In this document: positions 1 to 12,335 of the stretch, piece after piece
Position numbering within the stretch: position 1 is the first letter of the stretch
Layout of the letters: every line of letters begins with the position of its first letter
Origin: Anaeromyxobacteraceae bacterium
Lineage (GTDB): Bacteria > Myxococcota > Myxococcia > Myxococcales > Anaeromyxobacteraceae
Assembly (NCBI GenBank): GCA_047602405.1
Contig: JASGHJ010000002.1
Coordinates: 3,698,300 to 3,762,299, forward strand
Length of the DNA stretch: 64,000 nt
Reading direction: 5' to 3'
Translations under genes and position numbers: made by a program
The notes under the pieces: model-generated
Database searches by the model: none
What the model saw: only the letters and a program-made list of their open reading frames with translations
Told to the model about the DNA's origin: nothing

Positions 1-1
1 C

Positions 2-1051
2 CGGTCCGCCTCCCGCGGCCTGGGCGCGGGCGCCAACCCGGACGTGGGCCGCACCGCCGCGCTCGAGGAGCGGGAGCAGATCCTGGCCGCGCTCGACGGC
101 GCGGACATGGTCTTCGTGACCGCCGGCATGGGCGGCGGCACCGGCACCGGCGGCGCCCCCGTCGTGGCCGACATCGCGAAGCAGACCGGCGCGCTCACCG
201 TCGGCGTCGTCACGAAGCCCTTCCTCTTCGAGGGCAACAAGCGCCGCAAGCAGGCCGAGGCCGGCCTCGCCGAGCTGAAGGCCGCGGTCGACACGCTGAT
301 CGTGATCCCGAACCAGCGCCTCCTCTCGGTCGCCGGCGAGAACATGTCGCTCGCCGACGCGTTCAAGCGGGCCGACGAGGTGCTGCTCAACGCGGTGCAG
401 GGCATCTCCGACCTCATCACCGTGCACGGGCTCGTGAACGTCGACTTCGCCGACGTCCGCACCATCATGAGCGAGCAGGGCATGGCGCTCATGGGCACCG
501 GCCGCGCCGGCGGCGACCGCCGCGCGGTCGAGGCCATGCAGGCGGCCATCTCGTCGCCGCTCCTCGAGGACGTCCAGCTCGACGGCGCGACCGGCCTCCT
601 CGTCAACATCACCGGCGGGCCGAACCTGACGCTCCGCGAGGTCGACGAGGCGGTCTCGATGGCGCAGACGGCGGCCGACCCCGACGCCAACATCATCTTC
701 GGCTCGGTGGTCGACGAGACGCTCGGCGACGAGATCAAGATCACCGTCATCGCGACCGGCTTCGCCCCGGCCGGTGCGCCCGCCGGCCGCGCCACCTCGC
801 GGCTCGTGCAGGTCCCGAAGGAGGCGCCCGTCGCGCAGGTCCGCGTCGCGCGCGAGACGCCGCCGCCGCTCCCGGTCGAGAAGAAGGAGCCGCTCAAGCT
901 CCAGACGGTCGTCCCGGCCCCGAAGCGCGAGACGGTGACCGTGAAGGCCACCCGGCGCGTCGAGACGAAGCCCTACCAGCCGTCCGACGAGGACCAGTAC
1001 GACATCCCGACCTTCCTCCGGAAGGGCGGGCCGCCGCCGTCGCAGGAGTGA
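2..1051 (+). CDS. ftsZ: Cell division protein FtsZ (5'-truncated by window edge)
   Basis: GLGAGANP, tubulin signature [15 protein letters not shown] and C-terminal core DIPTFLRK; frame open from base 2. Confidence 0.98.
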   Translation, partial: RSASRGLGAGANPDVGRTAALEEREQILAALDGADMVFVTAGMGGGTGTGGAPVVADIAKQTGALTVGVVTKPFLFEGNKRRKQAEAGLAELKAAVDTLIVIPNQRLLSVAGENMSLADAFKRADEVLLNAVQGISDLITVHGLVNVDFADVRTIMSEQGMALMGTGRAGGDRRAVEAMQAAISSPLLEDVQLDGATGLLVNITGGPNLTLREVDEAVSMAQTAADPDANIIFGSVVDETLGDEIKITVIATGFAPAGAPAGRATSRLVQVPKEAPVAQVRVARETPPPLPVEKKEPLKLQTVVPAPKRETVTVKATRRVETKPYQPSDEDQYDIPTFLRKGGPPPSQE

Positions 1052-1054
1052 CGG

Positions 1055-1693
1055 TCAGGCCGGGGGGATCGGCGGCACCGGCGCGTCCGGCAGGTCCGGC
1101 GCGGGCACGCCGCCGATCCCGAGCATCACCGCGATGGGCCGCTGCGCCGCGATGACGAGCGTGGCGAGCTCCGCGAGCGGCAACCCGACGAGCTCCGCGC
1201 CCTTCGTGAGGTAGCTGCGGTCCACCGACCGCGCGAAGGCCTTGTCCTTCGTCTTCTTCACGACCGACGCCGCCTCGAGGTCCAGCACCGACCGCGAGGG
1301 CCGCACGAGCGCGCAGGCGCCCACGAACCCGGTCAGCTCGTCGGCGGCCACGATTGCGCGCTCCATCGGCGACTCGGCCGGGATGCCGGTGTGAAACGCG
1401 TGCGCGCCGATGGCCCGCACGATCGGCTCCGGCCAGCCCTGCCCGCGCAGGATCTCCATGCCGCGCGCGGGGTGGTCGGCCTCGGTCGGGAACCGCTCGT
1501 AGTCGAAGTCGTGGAGGAGCCCGACGAGGCCCCACGTCTCGACCGTGTCGCCGAGGCTGCCGGCGTCCGGCACGCCCGCGCGGCGCGCGAGCGCCCGCAT
1601 CGAGGCCTCGACCGCGAGGGCGTGGCGCCGGAGCGCCTGCGATGGCGTGTACGCGCAGACGAGCGCCCAGGCGGCCTCGCGCGACGGGATCAT
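1055..1693 (-). CDS. HD-domain phosphohydrolase (HDIG-like)
   Basis: MIPSREAAWALV..HALAVEA..GLLHDFD..H..AIGAH..ADEL; ATG at 1693 overlaps upstream stop. Confidence 0.85.
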   Translation of the reverse strand: MIPSREAAWALVCAYTPSQALRRHALAVEASMRALARRAGVPDAGSLGDTVETWGLVGLLHDFDYERFPTEADHPARGMEILRGQGWPEPIVRAIGAHAFHTGIPAESPMERAIVAADELTGFVGACALVRPSRSVLDLEAASVVKKTKDKAFARSVDRSYLTKGAELVGLPLAELATLVIAAQRPIAVMLGIGGVPAPDLPDAPVPPIPPA

Positions 1694-2535
1694 GGGCTCC
1701 CCTCCTCGTGGCTCACCGGGCCCGGCCGCACGCCCTCCACCCAGGGCGCGGCGTAGCCGATGCTCGCGCCGGGCCGCTCGCCGAACGCGACGAGCGCCGC
1801 GGCGGCGGCGTCCACCTCGGCGCCGGTGACCATCCCGGTCGCCGCGATGGCCTCGCGCGCGCCGGCGAGGTTGCCCGCGAGGTTCCGGGCGAAGCCCGGG
1901 AACGCCGGGTCGCCCTGGCAGGCGCCGAAGAAGATCCAGGTCGAGCGGCGCGGAAGTGCCCCGGCGCCCACGAGCAGCGAGGCGAGCCGCCGCCCGACGT
2001 ACGGATCGTTGCCGAGCCGGTCGTAGGTCCGCACGAACGCGTCCCAGACCGCGCGGACGCCGGGGGGCTCCGGGTGCAGGCGCAGCAGCGAGTGATCGTC
2101 GTCGCAGAGCACGACGCGCCCGCCGGGGCGGACCGCCCGCACCATCCCGGCGACCACCACCTCCGGCGCGGGCACGTGCTCGAGCACGAACCGCGCGTGG
2201 GCGAGGTCGAAGGTGCCCCACTCGTCGCCGCGCAGGGGCAGGTCGAGCGCGTCGCCCTGGCGGAGCTCGAGCGCGCCGCCGCCGGGCTCCGCCGCCCCGA
2301 GCGCGCGGGCCCGCTCGAGCTGCTCCGGGCTCCGCTCGACGCCGAGCGCTGACCGCCCCGCCGCGCGCGCCATCGCCCGGCCGAGGTGGCCGAGGCCGCA
2401 GCCGACGTCGAGGACCCGCTCGCCCGGCCGCACCGCGACCTCGCGCAGGCAGGCGCCGTTCAGGAGGTCGTTGAGGAGCGCGAGCCGCGCCTGCTCCTCG
2501 GGGGTCGTGCCGTGGATGTAGCGCGAGTCGGCCAT
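1690..2535 (-). CDS. Class I SAM-dependent methyltransferase
   Basis: VLDVGCGLG motif I, GDA, FDLAHARFVLEHV, RPGG. Confidence 0.9.
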   Translation of the reverse strand: MADSRYIHGTTPEEQARLALLNDLLNGACLREVAVRPGERVLDVGCGLGHLGRAMARAAGRSALGVERSPEQLERARALGAAEPGGGALELRQGDALDLPLRGDEWGTFDLAHARFVLEHVPAPEVVVAGMVRAVRPGGRVVLCDDDHSLLRLHPEPPGVRAVWDAFVRTYDRLGNDPYVGRRLASLLVGAGALPRRSTWIFFGACQGDPAFPGFARNLAGNLAGAREAIAATGMVTGAEVDAAAAALVAFGERPGASIGYAAPWVEGVRPGPVSHEEGSP

Positions 2536-2549
2536 GGTGCGCGCGCTCC

Positions 2550-3608
2550 TCAGGGACGCAGCTTCCGCCCGAGCACCCGGAGCGAGGCCGCGTAGCGGTA
2601 GTCGATCCCCATGTGCCCGTCCTCGAACTCCTCGTGCACGACCTCGACGCCGCCAGCCCGCAGCGCCGCCACCACCATCCGGGCGCCCCAGCGCAGGTTG
2701 AACTCGTCCCGGGTGCCGCAGTCCACGTAGCAGGTCTCGAGCGAGCGGAAGGCGTCGAGCGCGCGCGGCACGAAGCGCACCGGATCCTGCTCGAGCCAGC
2801 GGGCCCAGACCTCGTCTCGCGGGCGCGCGGTCTCGGGGTCGAACGGGAGGGCGGCCGCGAGCACGGCGCCGATCTCCTCCAGCCGCTCATCCCGAGCGTA
2901 GGCCCGCGCAGCGGGCCGGAGTCGAGGGACCGGCTCGTCCGCGTAGTTTGCCGCCATCGCGAACACGTTCACGACCGGGATGTCGTCGGGCCTCAGCTTC
3001 GCCTCCCGCGCCCGCCGCTTCATGCCCTCGAGCCAGCCCGCGAGGTCGCCGCCGGCCGCGAGCAGCGCGCCCGCCGCCTTCGGGAGATCGCCGAGGTACG
3101 CGTACTCGAAGAAGGCGTCCCCGGCGTGGCAGGCCGCGTGCGCGAAGGTGGCGGAGCGGTCGCGGACCATCGCGAGCGTGCCGTAGCCGCCGCTCGACTT
3201 CCCGAGCACGGCGCGCGCCTCGCGGCGCGGCGAGGTGCCGAGCTCGCGCTCGACGAGCCCGACCACGTCGTCGGCCACGTACGACTGGTACCGCCCCACC
3301 GCGGGCGCGTCGATCCACTGGGTGCCGCCGAGCGCGGTCCGGCCGTCGATGAAGACGCCCGCGATGGGCGGGACCTCGCCCGCGGCGACGAGCGCGTCGA
3401 GCCGCTCCGGGACGCTCGGCCCGAAGGGGCCGCCGAGGAGCCAGCCCGGGCCGCTGCCGGTGAAGCCGTGCAGGAAGTACGCGGCGGGCCGGCCGCGCGC
3501 GCCGCCGGGCGGCACGTACACGTGGACGGGGCGCCTCGAGGGATTGCCGAGCGGGTTCCCGGCGAGCGCGGCGGAGTCCACCTCGAGCGTGACGAGCGAG
3601 CCCTTCAT
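2550..3608 (-). CDS. Alpha/beta-hydrolase esterase (Fes-like putative esterase family)
   Basis: VYVPPG, LHG, nucleophile elbow GKSSGG, DCG..DE, DGH; start MKGSLV at 3608. Confidence 0.85.
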   Translation of the reverse strand: MKGSLVTLEVDSAALAGNPLGNPSRRPVHVYVPPGGARGRPAAYFLHGFTGSGPGWLLGGPFGPSVPERLDALVAAGEVPPIAGVFIDGRTALGGTQWIDAPAVGRYQSYVADDVVGLVERELGTSPRREARAVLGKSSGGYGTLAMVRDRSATFAHAACHAGDAFFEYAYLGDLPKAAGALLAAGGDLAGWLEGMKRRAREAKLRPDDIPVVNVFAMAANYADEPVPRLRPAARAYARDERLEEIGAVLAAALPFDPETARPRDEVWARWLEQDPVRFVPRALDAFRSLETCYVDCGTRDEFNLRWGARMVVAALRAGGVEVVHEEFEDGHMGIDYRYAASLRVLGRKLRP

Positions 3609-3626
3609 GGCCGAGAGCCTACCTCG

Positions 3627-3664
3627 AAAACGAAGGCGGCCGCCCCCGTGAGGAGCGGCCGCCT
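3627..3664 (-). terminator. Putative intrinsic terminator after outer-membrane protein gene
   Basis: 10-bp stem aggcggccgc/gcggccgcct followed on the minus strand by TCGTTTT. Confidence 0.6.
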
Positions 3665-3685
3665 CGAGGTGCGACGCGGTCGGGG

Positions 3686-4342
3686 CTACAGCGTGAACTG
3701 ACCGCGGACGCCGATGGTGATGAAGTTGTGCACGGCCTGCTCGTCGATCTTGCCGGACTGATCGACGCCGGCCCCGAAGCCCTCGAGCTTCCCGTTCGAG
3801 TACTTGCCGAAGCTCATCGAGACGAACGGCCCGACCTTGAGCTGCGGGGAGGCCTTGAAGTCCGCGCCGAGCTGCAGGTCGGCGAGCTCGAAGCCGCGGT
3901 AGCTGATCTTGCCCTCGTTGGGGCCCTGCGTGACCTTCAGGCTCCCCCACTCGTACCCGAAGCCGAAGCCGATCCAGGGCACGAACTGGGGATTGAGATC
4001 CTCGAACGCGAACGTGCCCTGGACGCCGAGCCGCACGTCGCGCGCGGAGCAGTCCACGCCGCTCGTGTCGCAGAGGTCCTTGATGTCGCCACCGATCCGG
4101 CCGAAGCCGTAGGAGACGAACGCTCCGACGTTGAACTCCTTCGTGACGTTGTAGCCGACGTCGAGCTGGAGCGGGATGGCGCCCTTGAGGACGTCGGACA
4201 TCTTCGAGTCCTTCGCGGCGTCGCCGCCCGCGATGGCGTAGCCGAGGCGGGCGCCGAGGGTCAGCTTCTGGGCCTGGGCGGAGGCGGCGGCGGGGACGGC
4301 GAGCGCGACCAGCGCGGCCGCGAGGAACGAGAGCTTGCGCAT
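3686..4342 (-). CDS. Outer-membrane beta-barrel protein (OmpA/OmpW-like membrane domain)
   Basis: Signal peptide MRKLSFLAAALVALAVPAAASA, alternating amphipathic strands, C-terminal GVRGQFTL. Confidence 0.8.
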   Translation of the reverse strand: MRKLSFLAAALVALAVPAAASAQAQKLTLGARLGYAIAGGDAAKDSKMSDVLKGAIPLQLDVGYNVTKEFNVGAFVSYGFGRIGGDIKDLCDTSGVDCSARDVRLGVQGTFAFEDLNPQFVPWIGFGFGYEWGSLKVTQGPNEGKISYRGFELADLQLGADFKASPQLKVGPFVSMSFGKYSNGKLEGFGAGVDQSGKIDEQAVHNFITIGVRGQFTL

Positions 4343-4500
4343 GAGGGGTCCTCCTTCGAGTTCACTGCCAGGGCAGTCTGCCAGCCGTCCCGGGAGGGAC
4401 GGCCAACCGCACCGAGAGGCTAACCCGTCGCGGGCCACCCGCAACAAACTGATCGTCGCTGCGCGGGTGCGCGCGGGCCGGGGCGCGCCCGGCCGCGGGC

Positions 4501-5103
4501 CTACGGATCGACCCGCACGCGCAGGCCGTAGTACATGAAGCCGCCCTTCGCGTTCTTGAGGTCGGTCGTGGTCACGTTCGAGTCGGCGAGCGACTGCGCG
4601 TCGTACTTCGACAGCGTGTAGGTGAGGAACGGGCCCACGCGGAAGTAGCCGAACGAGAGGTCCACGCCGACCTGGCCGTTGAAGGCCTCCATGCCGCTCG
4701 CGGTGAGGGCCTTCGCGTTCGAGCGGGCGATGCGCGCCCACTCGTAGCCGACGCCGGCGCCCACCCACGGCTTCACGATGGGCATGGGCAGCGTGAACGT
4801 GGCCTGCACGCCGGCGCGGATGATGCGGCCCGTGCAGTCGACGCCGGTCGCCGAGCAGTTCGCCGCCGCGCCGTCGACGCCGGAGGAGCCGTAGGAGCCG
4901 TAGACGCCGAGCGTGAGCCCCAGGAACAGCCGGTAGTCGAGGTCGATTCGGATCGGGACCTGGTTCGCGACGAGGTTGTCCTTCGACAGGTCCCCGAGCG
5001 CCTTCGCGTAGCCCACCCGGGCGCCGAGGCTGAGCTGGGCGTGCGAGGCGGTGGGGGCGACGAGCGCGACGGCGGCCACGGCGGCGAGAACGAACTTCTT
5101 CAT
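4501..5103 (-). CDS. Outer-membrane beta-barrel protein, paralog of adjacent gene
   Basis: Signal peptide MKKFVLAAV..ASHA; shares LGARxGYA, C-x-x-x-GVDC, PWxGxGxGYEW and VGPF with 3686-4342. Confidence 0.8.
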   Translation of the reverse strand: MKKFVLAAVAAVALVAPTASHAQLSLGARVGYAKALGDLSKDNLVANQVPIRIDLDYRLFLGLTLGVYGSYGSSGVDGAAANCSATGVDCTGRIIRAGVQATFTLPMPIVKPWVGAGVGYEWARIARSNAKALTASGMEAFNGQVGVDLSFGYFRVGPFLTYTLSKYDAQSLADSNVTTTDLKNAKGGFMYYGLRVRVDP

Positions 5104-5138
5104 CGGATTCCTCCGGTGAGGGGGGCTGCGTTGAGAGG

Positions 5139-5537
5139 TCAGCGCTCGCGCGCGAGCACGAGGCCACAGCGCGCGGCGAGCTCGCTCGTGCGGGCGAGCA
5201 GGCCCTGCGCCTCCACGTACAGCTCGGAGGCGTCGCCGCCGGCGGCGGGGTCCGGCAGCTCCTCGATGCGGGCGAGGAGGTCGGAGACGCGCAGGAGGTG
5301 CTGGTGCGCGAGCAAGAGGTCGCGCCCGAGCCGCGCGCCGCGGCGGGTGTAGATGACACCGGTCTGGAAGAGCTGCCCGAGCGCGCGGCGGTTGACCTCG
5401 TCGACCGTGCGACAGCGCTCCTGGAAGTCGCGGAGCCGGCGCGCGTCGCGCGCGTGCGCGAGATCGACGATGGCGGTCGCCCGGGCTCGCGCCCGCGGCC
5501 CCGTCGTCCGCGTCCGGCTCTGGACCCTCGTGGGCAT
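5139..5537 (-). CDS. Hypothetical helical protein
   Basis: Typical codon usage; TACCAT -10-like box 10 nt upstream of ATG 5537. Confidence 0.65.
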   Translation of the reverse strand: MPTRVQSRTRTTGPRARARATAIVDLAHARDARRLRDFQERCRTVDEVNRRALGQLFQTGVIYTRRGARLGRDLLLAHQHLLRVSDLLARIEELPDPAAGGDASELYVEAQGLLARTSELAARCGLVLARER

Positions 5538-5643
5538 CGACGCCGGGATGGTAGGCACCGGCGGCGATGCGGGTCAACGGCGGCCGGGCGGGAGGATCGG
5601 CGCCCCCCGCTTGACTCCGGCCGCGCTTCTTCGATCGCGCCGT

Positions 5644-8322
<2,679 letters not shown>

Positions 8323-8379
8323 AAGAGGGGGCGTAAGATAGCGGAACCACGCCCCCCGGGCCATCCCGGAGACGGCCCG

Positions 8380-8790
8380 TCAGCCGGGCGTCACCACCCG
8401 CCAGCGGCCGCCTTCACGCACCAGCTTGACCTCGGCCGGCGGGCCGTCCGGCGCGCCCGAGACCGTCACCCCCACCACCGCCTCGTCCGCGGACTCCCGG
8501 ACGACCACGACCTTCTGGACCCGCGGCGAGCCGCCCGCGAGGTCGCCGAGCACGAGGTCCTTCCCGGACGCCGGCGCACCCGGCACCGTCGCGGCGAGCG
8601 CCTTCGCCCGGGCGTCGAACGCCGCGCGCGACCGCTCGGAGAGGTGCGACCAGACGGTGCTGGTGTCGCCGGCGCGGGCGGCGGCGGCGAAGGCGCGGTA
8701 GGTCGCCTCGGGGCCCTCGTCCTTCCTGCAGCCGGCGAGGCCGGCGGAGCACAGCGCGAGGAGCACGGCGAGCGGGAGGAAGCGGCGCAT
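8380..8790 (-). CDS. Putative lipoprotein (NTF2-like/DUF4878-like)
   Basis: Lipobox LAGC; C-terminal VKLVREGGRWRV. Confidence 0.7.
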   Translation of the reverse strand: MRRFLPLAVLLALCSAGLAGCRKDEGPEATYRAFAAAARAGDTSTVWSHLSERSRAAFDARAKALAATVPGAPASGKDLVLGDLAGGSPRVQKVVVVRESADEAVVGVTVSGAPDGPPAEVKLVREGGRWRVVTPG

Positions 8791-8857
8791 GGCGGGAGCT
8801 TAGCGCGGCGGACGGGGTCCCGCCGACCCTCCCGTGACCCGGCGGCGGGTGGGGGCC

Positions 8858-8886
8858 TGAATCCGGATCGGCGGGTGCCCGCGTCT
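8858..8886 (+). promoter_or_regulatory. Putative ECF sigma promoter (TGAATCC-N17-CGTC)
   Basis: ECF-type -35/-10 elements ~50 bp upstream of the operon containing the ECF sigma, consistent with autoregulation. Confidence 0.45.
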
Positions 8887-8934
8887 CACGGGAACAGGAA
8901 CGCGGTACACCCCGTGCCCGGAGGCCCCACAGCG

Positions 8935-9381
8935 ATGAAGAAGCTCACCACCCTGATGCTCGCCGCCGCACCCTTCGTCGCCCGCGCCGACGGCGCCGAC
9001 TTCGTCGAGAAGGCGATGCCCGGCGTCGCCACCGCGATCGTCTTCTCGTCGGTTATCGCGATCGTCGCCATCGTCTACTACTCCGCGCACCGGGCCCGCT
9101 CCCTGCGCCACGCCACGGTCCGCTACGCCCTCGAGAAGGGCGTCGCCCCGCCGGTGGAGCTGCTCGAGGAGGGGCGGAGCGCGGTCGACGACGTCAAGGA
9201 CCTCCGCCGCGGGCTCACCCTGCTCGGGCTCGGCCTCGGCCTGATGCTCACGATTCTCTTCCTCCCGAACGCCGCCGCCAACGAGGCGCCGTGGAGCCTC
9301 GGCTTCATCCCGGCGCTCGTCGGCCTCGGGTACCTCGTCACCTGGTTCGTGCGCGGCCGGCCCCTCGGCGTCCGGGCGTGA
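8935..9381 (+). CDS. Membrane protein (DUF6249-like) upstream of ECF sigma
   Basis: GGAGG RBS; three hydrophobic segments; ALEKG..P and DLRRG..L.G.G motifs. Confidence 0.75.
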   Translation: MKKLTTLMLAAAPFVARADGADFVEKAMPGVATAIVFSSVIAIVAIVYYSAHRARSLRHATVRYALEKGVAPPVELLEEGRSAVDDVKDLRRGLTLLGLGLGLMLTILFLPNAAANEAPWSLGFIPALVGLGYLVTWFVRGRPLGVRA

Positions 9382-9963
9382 TCGACGACGCCGCCCTCGT
9401 CGCCCGGGTCCTCGCCGAGGACGACCGCCGGGCCTTCGCGGAGCTCGTCCGCCGGCACCAGTCCGCCGTGCGGACGGTGCTGCGGCGGCTCTGCGCCGGC
9501 GACGCGGCGCGCGCCGACGACCTCGCGCAGGAGACCTTCCTGCGCGCGTACCGCAAGCTCCGCGACTGGCGGGGCGAGGGCCGGCTCTCGACCTGGCTGT
9601 ACGGGATCGCCTACCGGCTCTGGCTCAGCGACGCGCGGCTGAAGGCCCCGCGGATCGCCTCGGCGGCGGAGCTCGCCGCGGCCGGGCGCGCGGCGGCGCA
9701 GGCCGACGCGGGGCCGCACGCGGGCCTCGCCGCGCCGGCCGGCGCCGAGGCCGCGCACGCGCGAGTGGACCTCGCCCGCGCGTTCGCGGTGCTGCGCGAC
9801 GAGGAGCGGGTCGCGCTCGCGCTCGCCTACGGCGAGGAGGCGACGCACGAGGAGGCGGCCCGGGTGCTCGACTGGCCGCTCGGGACGCTGAAGACGCACG
9901 TCACCCGCGGGAAGGAGAAGCTCCGCCGCTTCTTCGCCGCGGATCTCGGAGGCGCTGTCATGA
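9378..9963 (+). CDS. ECF RNA polymerase sigma-70 factor (as sequenced, reads in frame into the next gene, to 10286)
   Basis: Region 2 ADDLAQETFLRAY..STWLYGIA; region 4 HEEAARVLDWPLGTLKTHVTRG; GTGA overlap with upstream gene. Confidence 0.9.
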
Positions 9964-10286
9964 CCAACCCCGGTGACCCGGTGGACCCCATGGACGAGGC
10001 CCTCTCCCGCGGCCCCTACCTCGACGACGCCGGCTTCACCGCCCGCGTGATGGAGGGGCTCCCGCCGCCGCGCCGCGCCCGCGGGCGCGCGCTCGTGCCG
10101 CTCTTCGCGCTCGCCGCGGCCGGCCTCGCCGTCGCGCTCGCGCTCGGGCCGGGCGCGGGGATCCTGCCGGCGATCGTGGCGTGGCTGGGCGGCGGCGTGC
10201 ACGGCCTCTCGGCCGCGCCGGTCGCCGCGCTGGGCGCCGCGGGCGCGCTCGCCGCGGCGGGGCTGCTCGTGGCCTTCGCGGACTAA
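9960..10286 (+). CDS. Putative membrane anti-sigma factor
   Basis: Own GGAGG RBS before ATG 9960; YLDDAGFTARVM..LP motif then two TM helices. Confidence 0.7.
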   Translation: MTNPGDPVDPMDEALSRGPYLDDAGFTARVMEGLPPPRRARGRALVPLFALAAAGLAVALALGPGAGILPAIVAWLGGGVHGLSAAPVAALGAAGALAAAGLLVAFAD

Positions 10287-10792
10287 TCCTCTTCCACGAT
10301 CCGGCAGTGCTGGAGGCGGAGCTCCTCGAGGAACTTCGCCTTCAGGTCGAGGCCGCCGAAGGACGCGTCGATCGCGAACCGGTCGCCCTCGACGGAGGCG
10401 CCCTCCGATACCTCGAGCCGGCCGCCGAGCGCGACGGCGCCCTTCCCGACGCGCGCGCCGCGGGCGACCTTCACGTCGCCGCCGACCGCGACCACGTCCT
10501 CGAGCACGGTGGCGCCCGCCTCGACCCGGACGTCCCCGCCGATCGCGACCGCCTTCTCCACCACCGCGCCGCGGCGGATGGTGAGGTCGCCGTTCACGGC
10601 GACGGCCTCCTCCACCTGGGCGTTCTCCTCGATGACGAGCGGCCCGTCCCGCGCGACCCGGTCGTTCGGACCCTGCGTGAGGGTGCACCCGTCGACGCGG
10701 ACGTGACCCGCCTTGCGGTGGTCGGCCCCGGAGGCCGAGGCGGCGAGCGGGAGGGCGGCGAGCGTCAGGGCGAGCAACCGGACGGTGGTCAT
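10283..10792 (-). CDS. Exported beta-helix protein (bactofilin/polymer-forming-like repeats)
   Basis: Signal peptide; four ~17-aa repeats (AVAxGGDVxVxxGAxV). Confidence 0.7.
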   Translation of the reverse strand: MTTVRLLALTLAALPLAASASGADHRKAGHVRVDGCTLTQGPNDRVARDGPLVIEENAQVEEAVAVNGDLTIRRGAVVEKAVAIGGDVRVEAGATVLEDVVAVGGDVKVARGARVGKGAVALGGRLEVSEGASVEGDRFAIDASFGGLDLKAKFLEELRLQHCRIVEED

Positions 10793-10930
10793 GGGATTTC
10801 CCGGGCGTGAGGCCGGCCTGCTCCTCTGCCCCGAGGAAGGGAACCGAACACTCCTGCGCCGGGCTTTACGTCCGAGCCCCTCCCCTATTTCGCGCCGGCT
10901 TCCCAGCTTTGCCCCTGGGAGGGAGCACGC

Positions 10931-11716
10931 ATGGACCTTAGGAAGCTCGCGCTCGTGGGCGCGATCGCACTGGCGGCCTGCCAGCACGGGAAGCAGACGA
11001 GGACGGTGGCCCAGGCCCCCGACAACACGTCCTCGCAGGGGACGGCGACGTCCGGCACGGCGTCCGGCACCGGCAGCACGACGGGCAGCACGTCCGGCAC
11101 CGCCGGGGCGACCGGCACCGGCGACACGGCGGGGGGGACGGCGTCGACCGACGCCTACGGGCAGTCGGGCACGGGCTCGGGAGGCTCGGCGTCCGGGATG
11201 GCGCACTCCGATGACCGCGTCATCGTCGGGACCGTCAAGCAGGTGAGCCCGAAGTCCGTCGACATCCAGGACGCGGCGAGCGGGCAGTCGAAGACGCTGC
11301 AGATCGCGCCCGAGACGTTGATCGAGGCCGGGGGCGGCGCCTCCGGCCAGCTCGTGGAGGGCCAGCAGGTCCGCGCGAGCTACAACCGCAAGGACGGGAA
11401 GGACACGGCCGTCCGCATCGAGGGGATGAACACCGGCGCGACGCCGCCGCACACCGGCGGCACGGGCACCGATCCGTCGGGCACGGGCTCCTCGGGCACC
11501 GGCTCCTCGGGCACGATGGGCGAGCCGGGGACGTCCACGGGTGGCACCGGCTCGTCGGGGACCACCGGCACGCCGGACCCGACGCTGCCGCCGGGCTCGA
11601 CGAACCCGCAGTCGCCCACGCAGCCGACGCCGCCGTCGCCGCCCGTCCAGACGCCGCCGTCGAGTGGCGGGCTGGCAGAAGTAGCGGGGCTCAGCGCGCC
11701 GGGCGGCGCAGCCTGA
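10931..11716 (+). CDS. Gly/Thr/Ser-rich lipoprotein with a small central beta domain
   Basis: GGAG RBS, lipobox LAAC, low-complexity arms around IVGTVKQV..LVEGQQVRASY. Confidence 0.7.
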   Translation: MDLRKLALVGAIALAACQHGKQTRTVAQAPDNTSSQGTATSGTASGTGSTTGSTSGTAGATGTGDTAGGTASTDAYGQSGTGSGGSASGMAHSDDRVIVGTVKQVSPKSVDIQDAASGQSKTLQIAPETLIEAGGGASGQLVEGQQVRASYNRKDGKDTAVRIEGMNTGATPPHTGGTGTDPSGTGSSGTGSSGTMGEPGTSTGGTGSSGTTGTPDPTLPPGSTNPQSPTQPTPPSPPVQTPPSSGGLAEVAGLSAPGGAA

Positions 11717-12302
11717 GGCGGTACACGGGCTCGTTCGCCGCGAGGTAGCGCTTCTCGCGGGTGGAGGGGAGCTCGCCGGGGGCCGGGTCGCAGAAGCGGC
11801 CCGGCCCCGCCTCGTTCACGAAGCCGCACGCCTCGAGCCGCGCGACCGCGTCGTGGCCGTAGCGGGGGACGTCGGTCCGGAAGTCGAGGAGCCCACCGGG
11901 CGCGAGGAGCCCGAGCAAGAGGAGCCCCATCCCGTCGTCGACGAGCCGGCGCCGGTGGTGCCGCCGCTTCCACCAGGGATCCGGGAAGTGGACGTGGATG
12001 GCGGCGAGGGAGCCCGCCGCGAAGAGCCGCGGCGCCATCAGCCGGGCGTCGCCCTGCAGCGCGAGGAGGTTGTCGAGGCCCCGGCGCGAGGCCTTCTCGG
12101 CGAGCGCCTGTGCGAACGACTTCCGCTGCTCGATGGCGACGAGCGCCCGGTCGGGGTGATGTCGCGCGAAGGCGAGGGCGAAGCCTCCGTGCCCGGCGCC
12201 GATCTCGAGCTCGAGCGCGGCGGCGCGGGGGCCCAGGAGCGCGGCCCAGTCGGGGAACTCGGAGAGCGCGATGGGCGCTTCGTCCTCGGCGAGGAAGATC
12301 AT
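11691..12302 (-). CDS. trmB: tRNA (guanine-N7)-methyltransferase
   Basis: LEIGAGHG, HFPDPWWKRRHHRRR, RTD, TREKRY. Confidence 0.93.
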   Translation of the reverse strand: MIFLAEDEAPIALSEFPDWAALLGPRAAALELEIGAGHGGFALAFARHHPDRALVAIEQRKSFAQALAEKASRRGLDNLLALQGDARLMAPRLFAAGSLAAIHVHFPDPWWKRRHHRRRLVDDGMGLLLLGLLAPGGLLDFRTDVPRYGHDAVARLEACGFVNEAGPGRFCDPAPGELPSTREKRYLAANEPVYRLRLRRPAR

Positions 12303-12335
12303 GAGCGGCTCTCTCTACCATGCTAGAAGTCCGGG

